Shown: positions 1-8,185 of the stretch, one piece after another
Numbering within the stretch: position 1 is the first letter of the stretch
How the letters are laid out: each line of letters starts with the position of its first letter
Virus record (IMG/VR): IMGVR_UViG_3300025834_000005
DNA: 64,000 nucleotides
Origin: a virus
Reading direction: 5' to 3' (one strand)
Made by a program: the position numbers and the translations under genes
Notes under the pieces: generated by a model
Databases searched by the model: none
What the model was told of the DNA's origin: nothing
Seen by the model: only the letters and a program-made list of their open reading frames with translations

Positions 1-700
1 TATTGAATTTCGAGTTATCAATAATGGCGATTTTAGCGAAGTTTAAAACTTCAATCACACGGGAACCGAAGTCAAGTGACTCTCTTTGAGCAAGTTGATC
101 AAAACCTTTGCAAATGATGTTTGTATTTTCGCAGAAAAACTGTATTTTTTCATTCAATTGATTAATAGATTCATGAATCAATTTCGTATGTTTTCCAGTG
201 ATCATAATATTGAAGTCGCTTTTTTCAGCAACTGGAATAACAAGGCCGTTGGTGCAAATTAGGCGATAATAACCAAAAGTAATGGCGTACTTTGTAAGAC
301 CGTTATAACTATGGTTAATTTTCAAAATTGGTTTAATAACATCACCTGACAATAAACCACCCACGTGATAATCAGCACCGTCGAGAACGTATTGACCATA
401 AAAACGTGCATTGTTAATCACGTCGTATGTTTCGGAAAAGTTGATACCTTTGTTCACCAATATTTCACGTGCAGGCGCAAAAATTTCATTGTTTGGTACA
501 AGTGTATAAACATTTGAACACTGGTTTAAAAGTGTCTTATTTCCGTTAGGATAGCCGTTAACACTATATGCGTAGTCACTATTAGTGTCATAATCTGTGA
601 AAGGAACTTTTTCAACATTAAAAAGTAGGTTTGAAAGATCATTTGTTGTGTAACTACCTGTTTTTGAAGCCATTGCGATTGAATTGTTTAAAGTTTCCAT
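1..700 (-). CDS. DUF932-like phage/plasmid protein, N-terminal part (continues past window start)
   Basis: Own minus-strand translation from ATG 700-698: METLNNSIAMASK...INHSYNGLTKYAITFGYYRLICTNGLV, matches remembered DUF932 core; absent from ORF track because no stop in window. Confidence 0.55.
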   Translation of the reverse strand, partial: METLNNSIAMASKTGSYTTNDLSNLLFNVEKVPFTDYDTNSDYAYSVNGYPNGNKTLLNQCSNVYTLVPNNEIFAPAREILVNKGINFSETYDVINNARFYGQYVLDGADYHVGGLLSGDVIKPILKINHSYNGLTKYAITFGYYRLICTNGLVIPVAEKSDFNIMITGKHTKLIHESINQLNEKIQFFCENTNIICKGFDQLAQRESLDFGSRVIEVLNFAKIAIIDNSKFN

Positions 701-749
701 ATTATGTTTGTTTTTAACGTTAATCGAAACAATATTGCTTCGATGGGTA

Positions 750-757
750 CAAAGGTA
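750..757 (-). promoter_or_regulatory. host-type -7 box TACCTTTG (TAnnTTTG)
   Basis: Minus-strand TACCTTTG 50 nt upstream of DUF932 ATG (700). Confidence 0.5.
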
Positions 758-921
758 ATGCCATACGAAGGCGAAAACTATGACTTTTGTCATGTTTGTT
801 GTTTTTAATTAAAAATAAATGATTTTAATTAAAAGTCATTTTCTAAGTGACTGAAAACCAGGATCATGAAAATAAATTAAAAATAAGTGTGAAAAAATTA
901 GGATTACCTTTATTAATGTAT

Positions 922-929
922 TACCTTTG
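922..929 (+). promoter_or_regulatory. host-type -7 box TACCTTTG
   Basis: 42 nt upstream of sigma-1 ATG 971; same octamer as 4176 and 750(-). Confidence 0.55.
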
Positions 930-970
930 TGAAGTTATTTAATGGGTTACAAACTTTAAATTATTATGTT

Positions 971-1525
971 ATGGAACAGTCAACTACTTCATTTGATGCG
1001 ATTTACAAACAGTACTATCGTGGTATTTTTCACTACATTAAAAAGGCAATGAGCTTGCAAGTGCCTATAACAGAGGAACTTACGAACGACGTGTTTATCA
1101 AGGTTTCCCAACACCTAAAAGATTATGATAAAGAGAAATCCGCTGTTTCCACATGGGTATATAATATAGCGAAGAACGTTGTAATTGATTATGTTCGTTC
1201 TGAGCGTCACCATGACAATCAGAAAACCAATCACATTCAAAATTATGTTAATTCCGATGGTATGTGTGAATTTGAAGTTGTTGCACCACGTGACAAAGAT
1301 ACCATATTCAGAACGGAAACAATGAATTCGATTTTATGTTCAATAGATAAACTCCGTGATAAGGAACGGCAAGTTGTTGAACATATTATTCTGGATGACT
1401 TATCGCAAGCCGAAGTCGCTGAAAAGCTGAACATAAGCGTAGGCAATGTAAAGGTGATCTATCTTCGGGCAAAGGAGAAGTTACGAATTATGTTAAAGAG
1501 CGATTACGAATTGGCTTGGAGTTAA
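971..1525 (+). CDS. ECF-type sigma-70 family factor, copy 1 (184 aa)
   Basis: Region 2-like WVYNIAKNVVIDYVR and region 4 HTH LSQAEVAEKLNISVGNVKVIYLRAKEKL; start trimmed from GTG 929 (inside TACCTTTG box) to ATG 971. Confidence 0.85.
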   Translation: MEQSTTSFDAIYKQYYRGIFHYIKKAMSLQVPITEELTNDVFIKVSQHLKDYDKEKSAVSTWVYNIAKNVVIDYVRSERHHDNQKTNHIQNYVNSDGMCEFEVVAPRDKDTIFRTETMNSILCSIDKLRDKERQVVEHIILDDLSQAEVAEKLNISVGNVKVIYLRAKEKLRIMLKSDYELAWS

Positions 1526-1604
1526 TCCAAGCCAATTGGCTTTACATAATGTTACAATGTATCATTTTTAATTAAAAACAGTATTCACTATCAATATTTA
1601 GGTT

Positions 1605-1757
1605 ATGTTAAAAATCATTTTTAATTTAAAAGCGTCTTCCGATAAGATTTTTGTATATGAGATTTTGGCTTTGCTTATGTTCATTGCATTCAGTTCCTGT
1701 ACTGCTCAACATAATGTACAGCATCGTAAAGCCGATAAAACCGAGCATCATTTTTAA
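1605..1757 (+). CDS. small lipoprotein-like protein (50 aa)
   Basis: Own translation MLKIIFNLKASSDKIFVYEILALLMFIAFSSCTAQHNVQH...; lipobox-like FSSC; resembles 2660..2872. Confidence 0.4.
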   Translation: MLKIIFNLKASSDKIFVYEILALLMFIAFSSCTAQHNVQHRKADKTEHHF

Positions 1758-1801
1758 TTAAAAACAGGATGCAACAATGTTCGTAAATAGTTCGGTATTG
1801 T

Positions 1802-1831
1802 TGTAACCTTTTACAATCATTCACGTATAAC
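1802..1831 (+). promoter_or_regulatory. ECF-sigma-type promoter (TGTAAC-N16-CGTATAAC repeat)
   Basis: Exact N16; next ATG 1846. Confidence 0.65.
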
Positions 1832-1845
1832 TAATAAATAGCACA

Positions 1846-1980
1846 ATGTTCAATATGGAATTATTCCGAGGTGGCGAAATTACTCAAATTGGTATGATAG
1901 TTTTCTTAATAGGTTTTGTTTTGATCTGTATAACAGCTGAGCGAATTACATACTTTATTAAGAAGCGAAAAAAGAAGTAG
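1846..1980 (+). CDS. small single-pass membrane protein (44 aa)
   Basis: Own translation MFNMELFRGGEITQIGMIVFLIGFVLICITAERITYFIKKRKKK; follows promoter 1802. Confidence 0.45.
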   Translation: MFNMELFRGGEITQIGMIVFLIGFVLICITAERITYFIKKRKKK

Positions 1981-2031
1981 CACAATGTTCGTTTTTAATT
2001 AAAACCAATGTACACAATGTTCGTTTTTTTT

Positions 2032-2061
2032 TGTAACCTTTATTTTTGATTTACGTATAAC
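2032..2061 (+). promoter_or_regulatory. ECF-sigma-type promoter (TGTAAC-N16-CGTATAAC repeat)
   Basis: Exact N16; next ATG 2079. Confidence 0.7.
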
Positions 2062-2078
2062 ATAGAAACAATCTTATT

Positions 2079-2339
2079 ATGGCACAGACACTGAACAAAA
2101 TCGCATCACGCCCATTGCACACAATCGCAAAGGAAATTAAATCGAATTGGTCAAAGGTTTACTTTGGTGCAGTCCCTTATCTTGAAGCAATGGGAACGCT
2201 ATCAACAATTGATCAGGATTATTATCAGGACAGCGCAAAGAGCATTGTACTATATTTCCTTAGCAACGCATCAACATGGCGTGGCGAAGTTGCTAAACGT
2301 ATCAAAACCGAGCTTAAAGCAATGTGCGGAATTAAGTAA
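2079..2339 (+). CDS. hypothetical protein (86 aa)
   Basis: ORF track; ATG just downstream of promoter 2032. Confidence 0.7.
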   Translation: MAQTLNKIASRPLHTIAKEIKSNWSKVYFGAVPYLEAMGTLSTIDQDYYQDSAKSIVLYFLSNASTWRGEVAKRIKTELKAMCGIK

Positions 2340-2365
2340 CATAAGCAAAACCAATGTACACTATC

Positions 2366-2590
2366 ATGGAAAAGAAATTTATCTGGTGTTTATTTAGCAT
2401 TGCCAATGAATATAATCAACCCAATTATAATTTAGAATGTTTCTGGTTTACCAAACCCGACGCTTTTAAATTAAAAACAGTGTGCCAATGTACAGAAGAA
2501 GAGGCAATGATATTGTTCGATCATACCCTGAGAGTTGATCAGGTTCATTACAGTCTTCAAGAGGTCGAAGAGGGTGTTATATTAAAATAG
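2366..2590 (+). CDS. hypothetical protein (74 aa), MEKKF paralog
   Basis: ORF track trimmed to MEKKFIWC, parallel to MEKKFAYC of 5289..5489. Confidence 0.6.
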   Translation: MEKKFIWCLFSIANEYNQPNYNLECFWFTKPDAFKLKTVCQCTEEEAMILFDHTLRVDQVHYSLQEVEEGVILK

Positions 2591-2608
2591 CACAATGTTC
2601 GATATCAC

Positions 2609-2638
2609 TGTAACCTTTTAAATCCAATTACGTATAAC
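2609..2638 (+). promoter_or_regulatory. ECF-sigma-type promoter (TGTAAC-N16-CGTATAAC repeat)
   Basis: Exact N16; next ATG 2660. Confidence 0.7.
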
Positions 2639-2659
2639 ATAGAAACAAATACATTTATC

Positions 2660-2872
2660 ATGAAAAATTTAAAATCGCTTTTAGTTTTAGTATTGTTAAT
2701 GTTCACTTTAACAATGTTCAGTTGTGCATCTTCGGGCAATGTACACAAGTCATCACGATCATACGTACACTCAAAAAAGGTACAGAAGAAAGCCGCTCAG
2801 ATCAGAAATGGCAGCCAATGGAAATGCAAACAAGCGAAGCATAAGACTTTACAACAGAAGCACCGCAGATAG
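2660..2872 (+). CDS. small basic lipoprotein (70 aa)
   Basis: Signal peptide MKNLKSLLVLVLLMFTLTMFSC with lipobox; promoter 2609. Confidence 0.65.
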   Translation: MKNLKSLLVLVLLMFTLTMFSCASSGNVHKSSRSYVHSKKVQKKAAQIRNGSQWKCKQAKHKTLQQKHRR

Positions 2873-2908
2873 TTTTTAATTAAAAACAGTAACCTTTTAT
2901 TACACTCA

Positions 2909-2937
2909 AACGAACATACACAATGTTCGTTTTTTTT
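2909..2937 (+). terminator. intrinsic terminator hairpin
   Basis: AACGAACAT / ATGTTCGTT stem, T-run, abuts promoter 2937. Confidence 0.65.
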
Positions 2938-2966
2938 GTAACCTTTATTTTCCATTTACGTATAAC
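2937..2966 (+). promoter_or_regulatory. ECF-sigma-type promoter (TGTAAC-N16-CGTATAAC repeat)
   Basis: Exact N16; next ATG 2982. Confidence 0.7.
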
Positions 2967-2981
2967 ATAGAAACAAACAAG

Positions 2982-3245
2982 ATGAAGACAAAGACTTTCA
3001 AGATCGGTGAATGTTGCATAGGTGGAATCATTCTGGTGACTATCAGCAAAACAGATATTGTTATCAAAGCATTAGATTGGGATACAAAGGAAGTTGTAAG
3101 AGAATACACATTCCCAAAGCATTTTGAAGGGTTTGGTGATCAGACTGGTTTGCATTCGATGGATAATACATTGAATCAGCTAACGACTTGTTATTATGCA
3201 GACAAAGTGCTGTCATACATCAAAGATAATGTAACTTTAAATTAA
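2982..3245 (+). CDS. hypothetical protein (87 aa)
   Basis: ORF track; promoter 2937. Confidence 0.7.
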   Translation: MKTKTFKIGECCIGGIILVTISKTDIVIKALDWDTKEVVREYTFPKHFEGFGDQTGLHSMDNTLNQLTTCYYADKVLSYIKDNVTLN

Positions 3246-3252
3246 AAACATC

Positions 3253-3480
3253 ATGAGAGTATTAAGTTTTTGTGCGAAGTGTTCAGACATGTGTAGTGTC
3301 AAATTTGACAACGGCAATGGATTAACAGCTGAATCTGACAGCTATGTACCCGAAGGAATTGGAATCGGTGACGCTTATGGCGACTATGTTGAAATGAGTA
3401 TCGACATGGAAACAGGACAGATTTTAAATTGGAAACAGATCAGCGACGCCAAAATTATCAAAGCCATAAAGAATGTTTAA
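3253..3480 (+). CDS. hypothetical protein (75 aa)
   Basis: ORF track; ATG after TTAAATTAAAAAC junction. Confidence 0.65.
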   Translation: MRVLSFCAKCSDMCSVKFDNGNGLTAESDSYVPEGIGIGDAYGDYVEMSIDMETGQILNWKQISDAKIIKAIKNV

Positions 3481-3495
3481 ACGCTTTTAATTAAA

Positions 3496-3529
3496 AAGGA
3501 CAATGTTCAAATAGCATTGTCCTTTTTTT
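3496..3529 (+). terminator. intrinsic terminator hairpin
   Basis: AAGGACAATG / CATTGTCCTT stem plus T7. Confidence 0.7.
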
Positions 3530-3558
3530 GTAACCTTTATTTTTCATTTACGTATAAC
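3529..3558 (+). promoter_or_regulatory. ECF-sigma-type promoter (TGTAAC-N16-CGTATAAC repeat)
   Basis: Exact N16; next ATG 3575. Confidence 0.7.
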
Positions 3559-3574
3559 ATAGAAACAAACAGCA

Positions 3575-3892
3575 ATGGAAAAGGATTTACATCAAACAGC
3601 AATGGTTTTCAGGACTTACAAGAGTGGCGAAGTAATTGCAGTATTCCCATACGAAATTGAGGATACAAGAGGCAATGTAATGTCATACACGCATGTTGGT
3701 CAACATGGCGGAGCTGATTACAATGGCGTTATTTCTGATACAAAGCAATCAACAATCGAAGAGTATACACCATTGTTTAAGGAATTGGAATCCTTTGGGT
3801 ATAATATAAAAGTTATACAGAAACGAAATTCCATAAAATACCATTTAGCACGAAAAAATATGTTATTTAAAATCCTGCAAATGTCAGTATGA
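3575..3892 (+). CDS. hypothetical protein (105 aa)
   Basis: ORF track; promoter 3529. Confidence 0.7.
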   Translation: MEKDLHQTAMVFRTYKSGEVIAVFPYEIEDTRGNVMSYTHVGQHGGADYNGVISDTKQSTIEEYTPLFKELESFGYNIKVIQKRNSIKYHLARKNMLFKILQMSV

Positions 3893-3937
3893 TTACACAT
3901 GAGAACTTTTTAATTAAAACCATTAAATTATATTAAT

Positions 3938-4099
3938 ATGAACCAATTAGAGCGAACAAAACAGAAAGTTGATACATTAATCGAGTACAACAATTCAGTG
4001 TTAATAGCATCGTCTATAATGACAGGAAAAGAATACAGGCGTAAACGTCGCAAGGATGTAAGACATCCAATTAAATTCTCTACTAAAGGTTTTAATTAA
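3938..4099 (+). CDS. small basic protein (53 aa)
   Basis: Own translation MNQLERTKQKVDTLIEYNNS...KEYRRKRRKDVRHPIKF; stop inside TTTTAATTAAAAAC. Confidence 0.4.
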   Translation: MNQLERTKQKVDTLIEYNNSVLIASSIMTGKEYRRKRRKDVRHPIKFSTKGFN

Positions 4100-4175
4100 A
4101 AACCGTGAGGCTAAAATAATTTGAAAATAATTCATTTATTTTGTAACATCGTTTTTATATTTCAAATATAATGCT

Positions 4176-4183
4176 TACCTTTG
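4176..4183 (+). promoter_or_regulatory. host-type -7 box TACCTTTG
   Basis: 28 nt upstream of sigma-2 ATG 4211. Confidence 0.55.
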
Positions 4184-4210
4184 TACCGTAAACAATTTAA
4201 ATAGGTTCTT

Positions 4211-4753
4211 ATGGAGAAGTATACAGATTTTAAAGTGGCTTATGCGACATACTATAAAAGGGTATTTAGCTTTATTATGATCAGAACGAATAACAATCGG
4301 GAAGTTTCGGAAGAAATTGCAAACGATGTATTTGTAAAGGTAGCTGAATTTATGGATATCTTTGACCCTGAAAAAGCTAAGTTTTTGACTTGGTTGTTAA
4401 ACATAACCAAAAACAAAATCGTCGATCATTATCGCTTCTTAAATACGTATCAGAAAAAACGTGAGGTCTGTATATCTGATTTTTGTGATGAAAGTGGCAA
4501 AGAATTTATGCAAGTCATTGCAAGTGAGGACAGTGAATCAATTGAAAATGTTGAGTTACGTTCCAAAATCGACAAAGCATTTGATATCTTGAAAGATATG
4601 GAAAAAGAAGTTGCTGATCTTTATATTAAACAGGATAAGCAATACAAAGAAATTGCTGAAATGTTGAGTATCCCAATCGGTTCGGTTAAGGGTTATTTAA
4701 ACAGAGCGAGAATGAAAATACAAATATATCTAAAAGATGTATATGTAAACTAA
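4211..4753 (+). CDS. ECF-type sigma-70 family factor, copy 2 (180 aa)
   Basis: Region 2-like LTWLLNITKNKIVDHYR and region 4 HTH YKEIAEMLSIPIGSVKGYLNRARMKI; TACCTTTG box 28 nt upstream. Confidence 0.85.
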   Translation: MEKYTDFKVAYATYYKRVFSFIMIRTNNNREVSEEIANDVFVKVAEFMDIFDPEKAKFLTWLLNITKNKIVDHYRFLNTYQKKREVCISDFCDESGKEFMQVIASEDSESIENVELRSKIDKAFDILKDMEKEVADLYIKQDKQYKEIAEMLSIPIGSVKGYLNRARMKIQIYLKDVYVN

Positions 4754-4784
4754 AAATATTTTGTGTGTTTGTTTTTAAATAAAA

Positions 4785-4816
4785 CCCTGAGAAGTTGTAA
4801 CCTTTTCGGGGTTTTT
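4785..4816 (+). terminator. terminator hairpin with -35 TTGTAAC as loop
   Basis: CCCTGAGAAG / CTTTTCGGGG (2 G-U), T5. Confidence 0.6.
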
Positions 4817-4825
4817 ACGTATAAC
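4796..4825 (+). promoter_or_regulatory. ECF-sigma-type promoter (TGTAAC-N16-CGTATAAC repeat)
   Basis: Exact N16; -35 sits in hairpin loop; next ATG 4841. Confidence 0.7.
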
Positions 4826-4840
4826 ATAGAAACAAACGAC

Positions 4841-5044
4841 ATGAAGAAGGTTTATTTAATTTTAGGCGGAACAAAATACGAAGTACATTTCAAAATGATG
4901 GACTATGGCTCACAAGGGATTCGAGTTAAAATCGTCAGTATATTTTCAACTATTGAAAACTGTATTTCGATCATGGGTTTTAATTTAAACGACATTGAAA
5001 ACAAAGTTATTCATGTTTTGGCTACGGCTGAAAATATTGATTGA
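4841..5044 (+). CDS. hypothetical protein (67 aa)
   Basis: ORF track trimmed to MKKV after promoter 4796 (track N-terminus is translated promoter). Confidence 0.65.
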   Translation: MKKVYLILGGTKYEVHFKMMDYGSQGIRVKIVSIFSTIENCISIMGFNLNDIENKVIHVLATAENID

Positions 5045-5048
5045 TCTT

Positions 5049-5078
5049 TGTAACCTTTAAAAACCATTTACGTATAAC
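5049..5078 (+). promoter_or_regulatory. ECF-sigma-type promoter (TGTAAC-N16-CGTATAAC repeat)
   Basis: Exact N16; next ATG 5096. Confidence 0.7.
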
Positions 5079-5095
5079 TTAGAAAATCTATTACT

Positions 5096-5269
5096 ATGAA
5101 TCCTTTTGACAATGAAATTTACTTCATTAAGAATTTAGGCAGATACACAGAAGACGACGACATTCGTTTAACAAAAGAACTGAAAAGGCAATCGAAGCCA
5201 AAGAAACAGGTTGTTGAACATAACGTAAGTCAGAAATTCAATCAGAAGCTAAAGACTTCCAGACGTTAA
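5096..5269 (+). CDS. small protein (57 aa)
   Basis: Own translation MNPFDNEIYFIKNLGRYTEDDD...; promoter 5049. Confidence 0.5.
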   Translation: MNPFDNEIYFIKNLGRYTEDDDIRLTKELKRQSKPKKQVVEHNVSQKFNQKLKTSRR

Positions 5270-5288
5270 TCATTTTTAATTAAAAACA

Positions 5289-5489
5289 ATGGAGAAGAAA
5301 TTTGCTTATTGCGTTATAACTCAAAGTGGTTTGTATGTGCTTGAAACAATGAGAGCCACAAAAAAGGAATCAATTAAGGCTTACATGGCTTTAAAATTTT
5401 TTGATCGACCTGATCTTACATGGAGCATGTTAACACGTGGCTATGTGACATGTGATAAAATTGGCTTAACAATACTAACACAACATTAA
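5289..5489 (+). CDS. hypothetical protein (66 aa), MEKKF paralog
   Basis: ORF track; ATG after TTTTTAATTAAAAAC. Confidence 0.65.
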   Translation: MEKKFAYCVITQSGLYVLETMRATKKESIKAYMALKFFDRPDLTWSMLTRGYVTCDKIGLTILTQH

Positions 5490-5508
5490 TCATTTTTAAT
5501 TAAAAACA

Positions 5509-5670
5509 ATGGCAGTAAAGAAAACAGGCAAAGCCGACGACTATGTGAAAGCTAATCGCAAGGGTTCAAGGTTGGCAGAGCTTGAGGACTCAACTGGCTG
5601 GGTATCAAAGAAGAAGATTCATAAATCTGTTAAAACGTATTCACGAAAAAATAAGGGCAATATCTTGTAA
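5509..5670 (+). CDS. small Lys-rich protein (53 aa)
   Basis: Own translation MAVKKTGKADDYVKANRKGSRLAELEDSTGW...; palindrome junction start; TAA stop inside TGTAAC. Confidence 0.5.
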   Translation: MAVKKTGKADDYVKANRKGSRLAELEDSTGWVSKKKIHKSVKTYSRKNKGNIL

Positions 5671-5695
5671 CCTTATTTTTTGGTTTACGTATAAC
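5666..5695 (+). promoter_or_regulatory. ECF-sigma-type promoter (TGTAAC-N16-CGTATAAC repeat)
   Basis: Exact N16; next ATG 5711. Confidence 0.7.
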
Positions 5696-5710
5696 TAAGA
5701 AACAAACAAG

Positions 5711-6052
5711 ATGATCACACTCGAAGAAGTTACAGGATTAAGGGATAAGGTTGAAACAGAATTGAAAGCACGTTTTCCTTTCTTTAGGACAAACATTTCA
5801 ACTTTAGGTGGTGTTGACAGGGCAAGCATTATGATTACCTTTTCATTGGATGCACGTGAAACATGGGCAGGCGGTATTAAGGAAAATTCAAGGTATTTTA
5901 ACGTACATATTCACAACACTCGCACATCTTATGAGGTTGAGAATTATATATCACCCAGAGGCTTAAAAATGCGATCATTCAAAACAATGAATCTTGATGA
6001 AGTTGTTGTGAAACTGAATCGCTTTTATGATAAACTTACTCCACTAATTTAA
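5711..6052 (+). CDS. hypothetical protein (113 aa)
   Basis: ORF track; promoter 5666. Confidence 0.7.
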   Translation: MITLEEVTGLRDKVETELKARFPFFRTNISTLGGVDRASIMITFSLDARETWAGGIKENSRYFNVHIHNTRTSYEVENYISPRGLKMRSFKTMNLDEVVVKLNRFYDKLTPLI

Positions 6053-6062
6053 ATTAAAAACA

Positions 6063-6287
6063 ATGGCAAACAGCAGAATAGTAGCGATTGATTCATTACC
6101 AAGAAAATGGGCAATCAAACATAATGATGGCGGTTTTATTGAGCCATATAGTAGTCGTGAAGATTTTAATATCTGTATGAAGTATGAAGCGGATGCATTC
6201 AGATTCACACAGGGCGAAGCGATTGATTTTCTAACGGTTTTTCCTAAATTAAAATGCGTTACAACTATAATCCAAGTCACACGCTAA
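6063..6287 (+). CDS. hypothetical protein (74 aa)
   Basis: ORF track; palindrome junction. Confidence 0.65.
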   Translation: MANSRIVAIDSLPRKWAIKHNDGGFIEPYSSREDFNICMKYEADAFRFTQGEAIDFLTVFPKLKCVTTIIQVTR

Positions 6288-6306
6288 TCATTTTTAATTA
6301 AAAACC

Positions 6307-6534
6307 ATGACAGAAAAAGAGCAATTAGCTATATCCTTAGCAAAGGAAATTAAGAGGAATGTACAGCGAATGCGAACAGAAATCAATCTGTATAAGAAAT
6401 GCTTATCGACTATCGTTTATCGCATGGATAACACAAAGAAAGGCATTTATGATTATGGCGAAGCAAGTGAAAGCACTATCGACGACATTAAAGAAATTAT
6501 TCAGGACTGTAATAATAAAGTGAGTTCGTTGTAA
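6307..6534 (+). CDS. hypothetical protein (75 aa)
   Basis: ORF track; palindrome junction; stop inside TGTAAC. Confidence 0.65.
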   Translation: MTEKEQLAISLAKEIKRNVQRMRTEINLYKKCLSTIVYRMDNTKKGIYDYGEASESTIDDIKEIIQDCNNKVSSL

Positions 6535-6559
6535 CCTTTTATTTTGGTTTACGTATAAC
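6530..6559 (+). promoter_or_regulatory. ECF-sigma-type promoter (TGTAAC-N16-CGTATAAC repeat)
   Basis: Exact N16; next ATG 6582. Confidence 0.7.
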
Positions 6560-6581
6560 ATAGAAACAAACACTTACAGAC

Positions 6582-6905
6582 ATGAAAATCAATTTAATTT
6601 CAGTTGAAGAATTTGATGTTTTGACGAACATTTATACAGACTATACTAAATTATCACTTCAAAACAAAGGATATGAGGGTATTGATAAATCTACTTTTTC
6701 AGCAGATGAACAATCAAAATTTAATGTAGTAACTGATATATTAAAAAAATCAATAGTTGGATTCAGTTCATTTCAAAACTTCAGGGTAAATTCAAAAAGC
6801 AAACCTGAAATAAGATTTCAATATAATTATAGCCAAGATGGTGATTTACCTTTTACTGGTGTTGGTTATATATTAATTGAAGAATTGTTAAATGGTTTCA
6901 ATTAA
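6582..6905 (+). CDS. hypothetical protein (107 aa)
   Basis: ORF track; promoter 6530. Confidence 0.7.
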   Translation: MKINLISVEEFDVLTNIYTDYTKLSLQNKGYEGIDKSTFSADEQSKFNVVTDILKKSIVGFSSFQNFRVNSKSKPEIRFQYNYSQDGDLPFTGVGYILIEELLNGFN

Positions 6906-6933
6906 TAACTTTCTTGAATATGTTATACGTAAT

Positions 6934-6963
6934 TGTAACCTTTATTTTTCATTTACGTATAAC
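6934..6963 (+). promoter_or_regulatory. ECF-sigma-type promoter (TGTAAC-N16-CGTATAAC repeat)
   Basis: Exact N16; next ATG 6987. Confidence 0.7.
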
Positions 6964-6986
6964 ATAGAAACAAACACTTTGAAGCT

Positions 6987-7286
6987 ATGAAAAATATCGA
7001 AGACTACGTTGCTGAAATCACAGAAGCTATTACCAAAGATTGGTTAGAATCAGGTTACAAACCTGAATGGGTTCCAACCTTTACATACACAGAGGGTAAA
7101 AAGAATTATAAAGTTATTCGACATTCACACCCAGGAACCAGTAAATCAGTTCATTGCTTTGTTGAGATTGCCACAGGTGACATTTATAAATCTGCATCAT
7201 GGGCGGTTGCTGCAAAAGGTGTGAGGGGTAACATTAACGACGAAAAGAAGCCACTATTCGGTTACGATTTTTATAAGAAGTATTAA
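6987..7286 (+). CDS. hypothetical protein (99 aa)
   Basis: ORF track; promoter 6934; terminator follows. Confidence 0.7.
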   Translation: MKNIEDYVAEITEAITKDWLESGYKPEWVPTFTYTEGKKNYKVIRHSHPGTSKSVHCFVEIATGDIYKSASWAVAAKGVRGNINDEKKPLFGYDFYKKY

Positions 7287-7289
7287 TTA

Positions 7290-7349
7290 AAAATGCCTTA
7301 AGGGTGAACTAAGTCTTTATGCACTAAGTCCGAATTAAGGCATTTTTCT
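7290..7349 (+). terminator. long-loop terminator hairpin
   Basis: AAAATGCCTTAA / TTAAGGCATTTT, 33-nt loop, T-run. Confidence 0.55.
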
Positions 7350-7379
7350 TGTAACCTTTATTTTCCATTTACGTATAAC
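7350..7379 (+). promoter_or_regulatory. ECF-sigma-type promoter (TGTAAC-N16-CGTATAAC repeat)
   Basis: Exact N16; next ATG 7395. Confidence 0.7.
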
Positions 7380-7394
7380 ATAGAAACAAACGCT

Positions 7395-7709
7395 ATGATC
7401 AATTATAATCAATCCGAATTAGAAAAGAAAGCCGTTACATTAGGTGCTACACATTTGAGGCACATATTTGTTGATGTGTCAATTTATGTCAGCTATACTC
7501 GATTGGAGGTTTTCTCTACTCATTTTTTTGATTCAAATGATAATGAGATTGGTTACTATATTGATTCATGCGGATTGGTCAGCTTATGCGGATTAACAAC
7601 GTTTGAGACCCCACGTGCTTGGTCACTCTTATTTAAAAACCATAGGTTAACAGGTAAACCCGTTGATTTTAAAACAAGATGTATTGTACAAAGTTCGTTT
7701 TCTTTGTAA
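7395..7709 (+). CDS. hypothetical protein (104 aa)
   Basis: ORF track; promoter 7350. Confidence 0.7.
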   Translation: MINYNQSELEKKAVTLGATHLRHIFVDVSIYVSYTRLEVFSTHFFDSNDNEIGYYIDSCGLVSLCGLTTFETPRAWSLLFKNHRLTGKPVDFKTRCIVQSSFSL

Positions 7710-7734
7710 CCTTTTATTTTGGTTTACGTATAAC
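7705..7734 (+). promoter_or_regulatory. ECF-sigma-type promoter (TGTAAC-N16-CGTATAAC repeat)
   Basis: Exact N16; next ATG 7762. Confidence 0.7.
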
Positions 7735-7761
7735 ATAGAAACAAATACAAAAATACTTATC

Positions 7762-7980
7762 ATGGAATTTAAAATCGCTTGGGAGATCAGTATTGATGCA
7801 GCAAACCCTTTAGAGGCTGCAAAGTTAGCAACCGAAATGATGCGTGACAAAGGTTCTGAATGGCAGTTTTATGTTCAGGAAGATGAAAGCAACGATATCT
7901 TTAGCGTTGATCTTGAAGAAGAAGATGAAGATGCTGTTTTGCTTGTAAATGGCAATTATGTCCCAACAATAAACATTTAA
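7762..7980 (+). CDS. small acidic protein (72 aa)
   Basis: ORF track trimmed to MEFKIAWE after promoter 7705; EEEDED patch. Confidence 0.65.
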   Translation: MEFKIAWEISIDAANPLEAAKLATEMMRDKGSEWQFYVQEDESNDIFSVDLEEEDEDAVLLVNGNYVPTINI

Positions 7981-7990
7981 ATTAAAGATC

Positions 7991-8185
7991 ATGAAAATAT
8001 TTCATATTCACTTTAATGTTGGTAAGGTTAAATACGTGGTGAACTATCACGATGGAATCAAAAAGCATAAAGACGGAAGCAATTTCTTCGATATAAAGAC
8101 ATTTTCAAACAAGAAGCTATTTAATAAATTCCAAAAGGATTTATTATCTGATGGTTATGTTTTTTCAAGCAACCTTTCATATTAA
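7991..8185 (+). CDS. hypothetical protein (64 aa)
   Basis: ORF track; junction TTTAAATTAAAG. Confidence 0.6.
   Translation: MKIFHIHFNVGKVKYVVNYHDGIKKHKDGSNFFDIKTFSNKKLFNKFQKDLLSDGYVFSSNLSY

Noticed and set aside
2889-2915. AGTAACC followed 16 nt later by CGAA. It looks like a degenerate promoter copy.
   Set aside because: It lacks both the TGTAAC T/G context and the CGTA -10 element. It lies 48 nt upstream of a perfect copy and inside the terminator region.
4142-4170. TGTAACATC upstream of the sigma-2 gene, which could indicate auto-regulation by the phage sigma.
   Set aside because: There is no CGTA at N15-N17. The gene instead has a TACCTTTG host-type box. Auto-regulation is therefore not supported by the sequence.
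6919-6963. A 13-bp inverted copy of the -10 region, ATGTTATACGTAA / TTACGTATAACAT, flanking the -35 element. This could be a bidirectional promoter.
   Set aside because: There is no GTTACA at the required 16-nt distance on the minus strand and no minus-strand gene to drive. It is more likely a hairpin overlapping promoter 6934.
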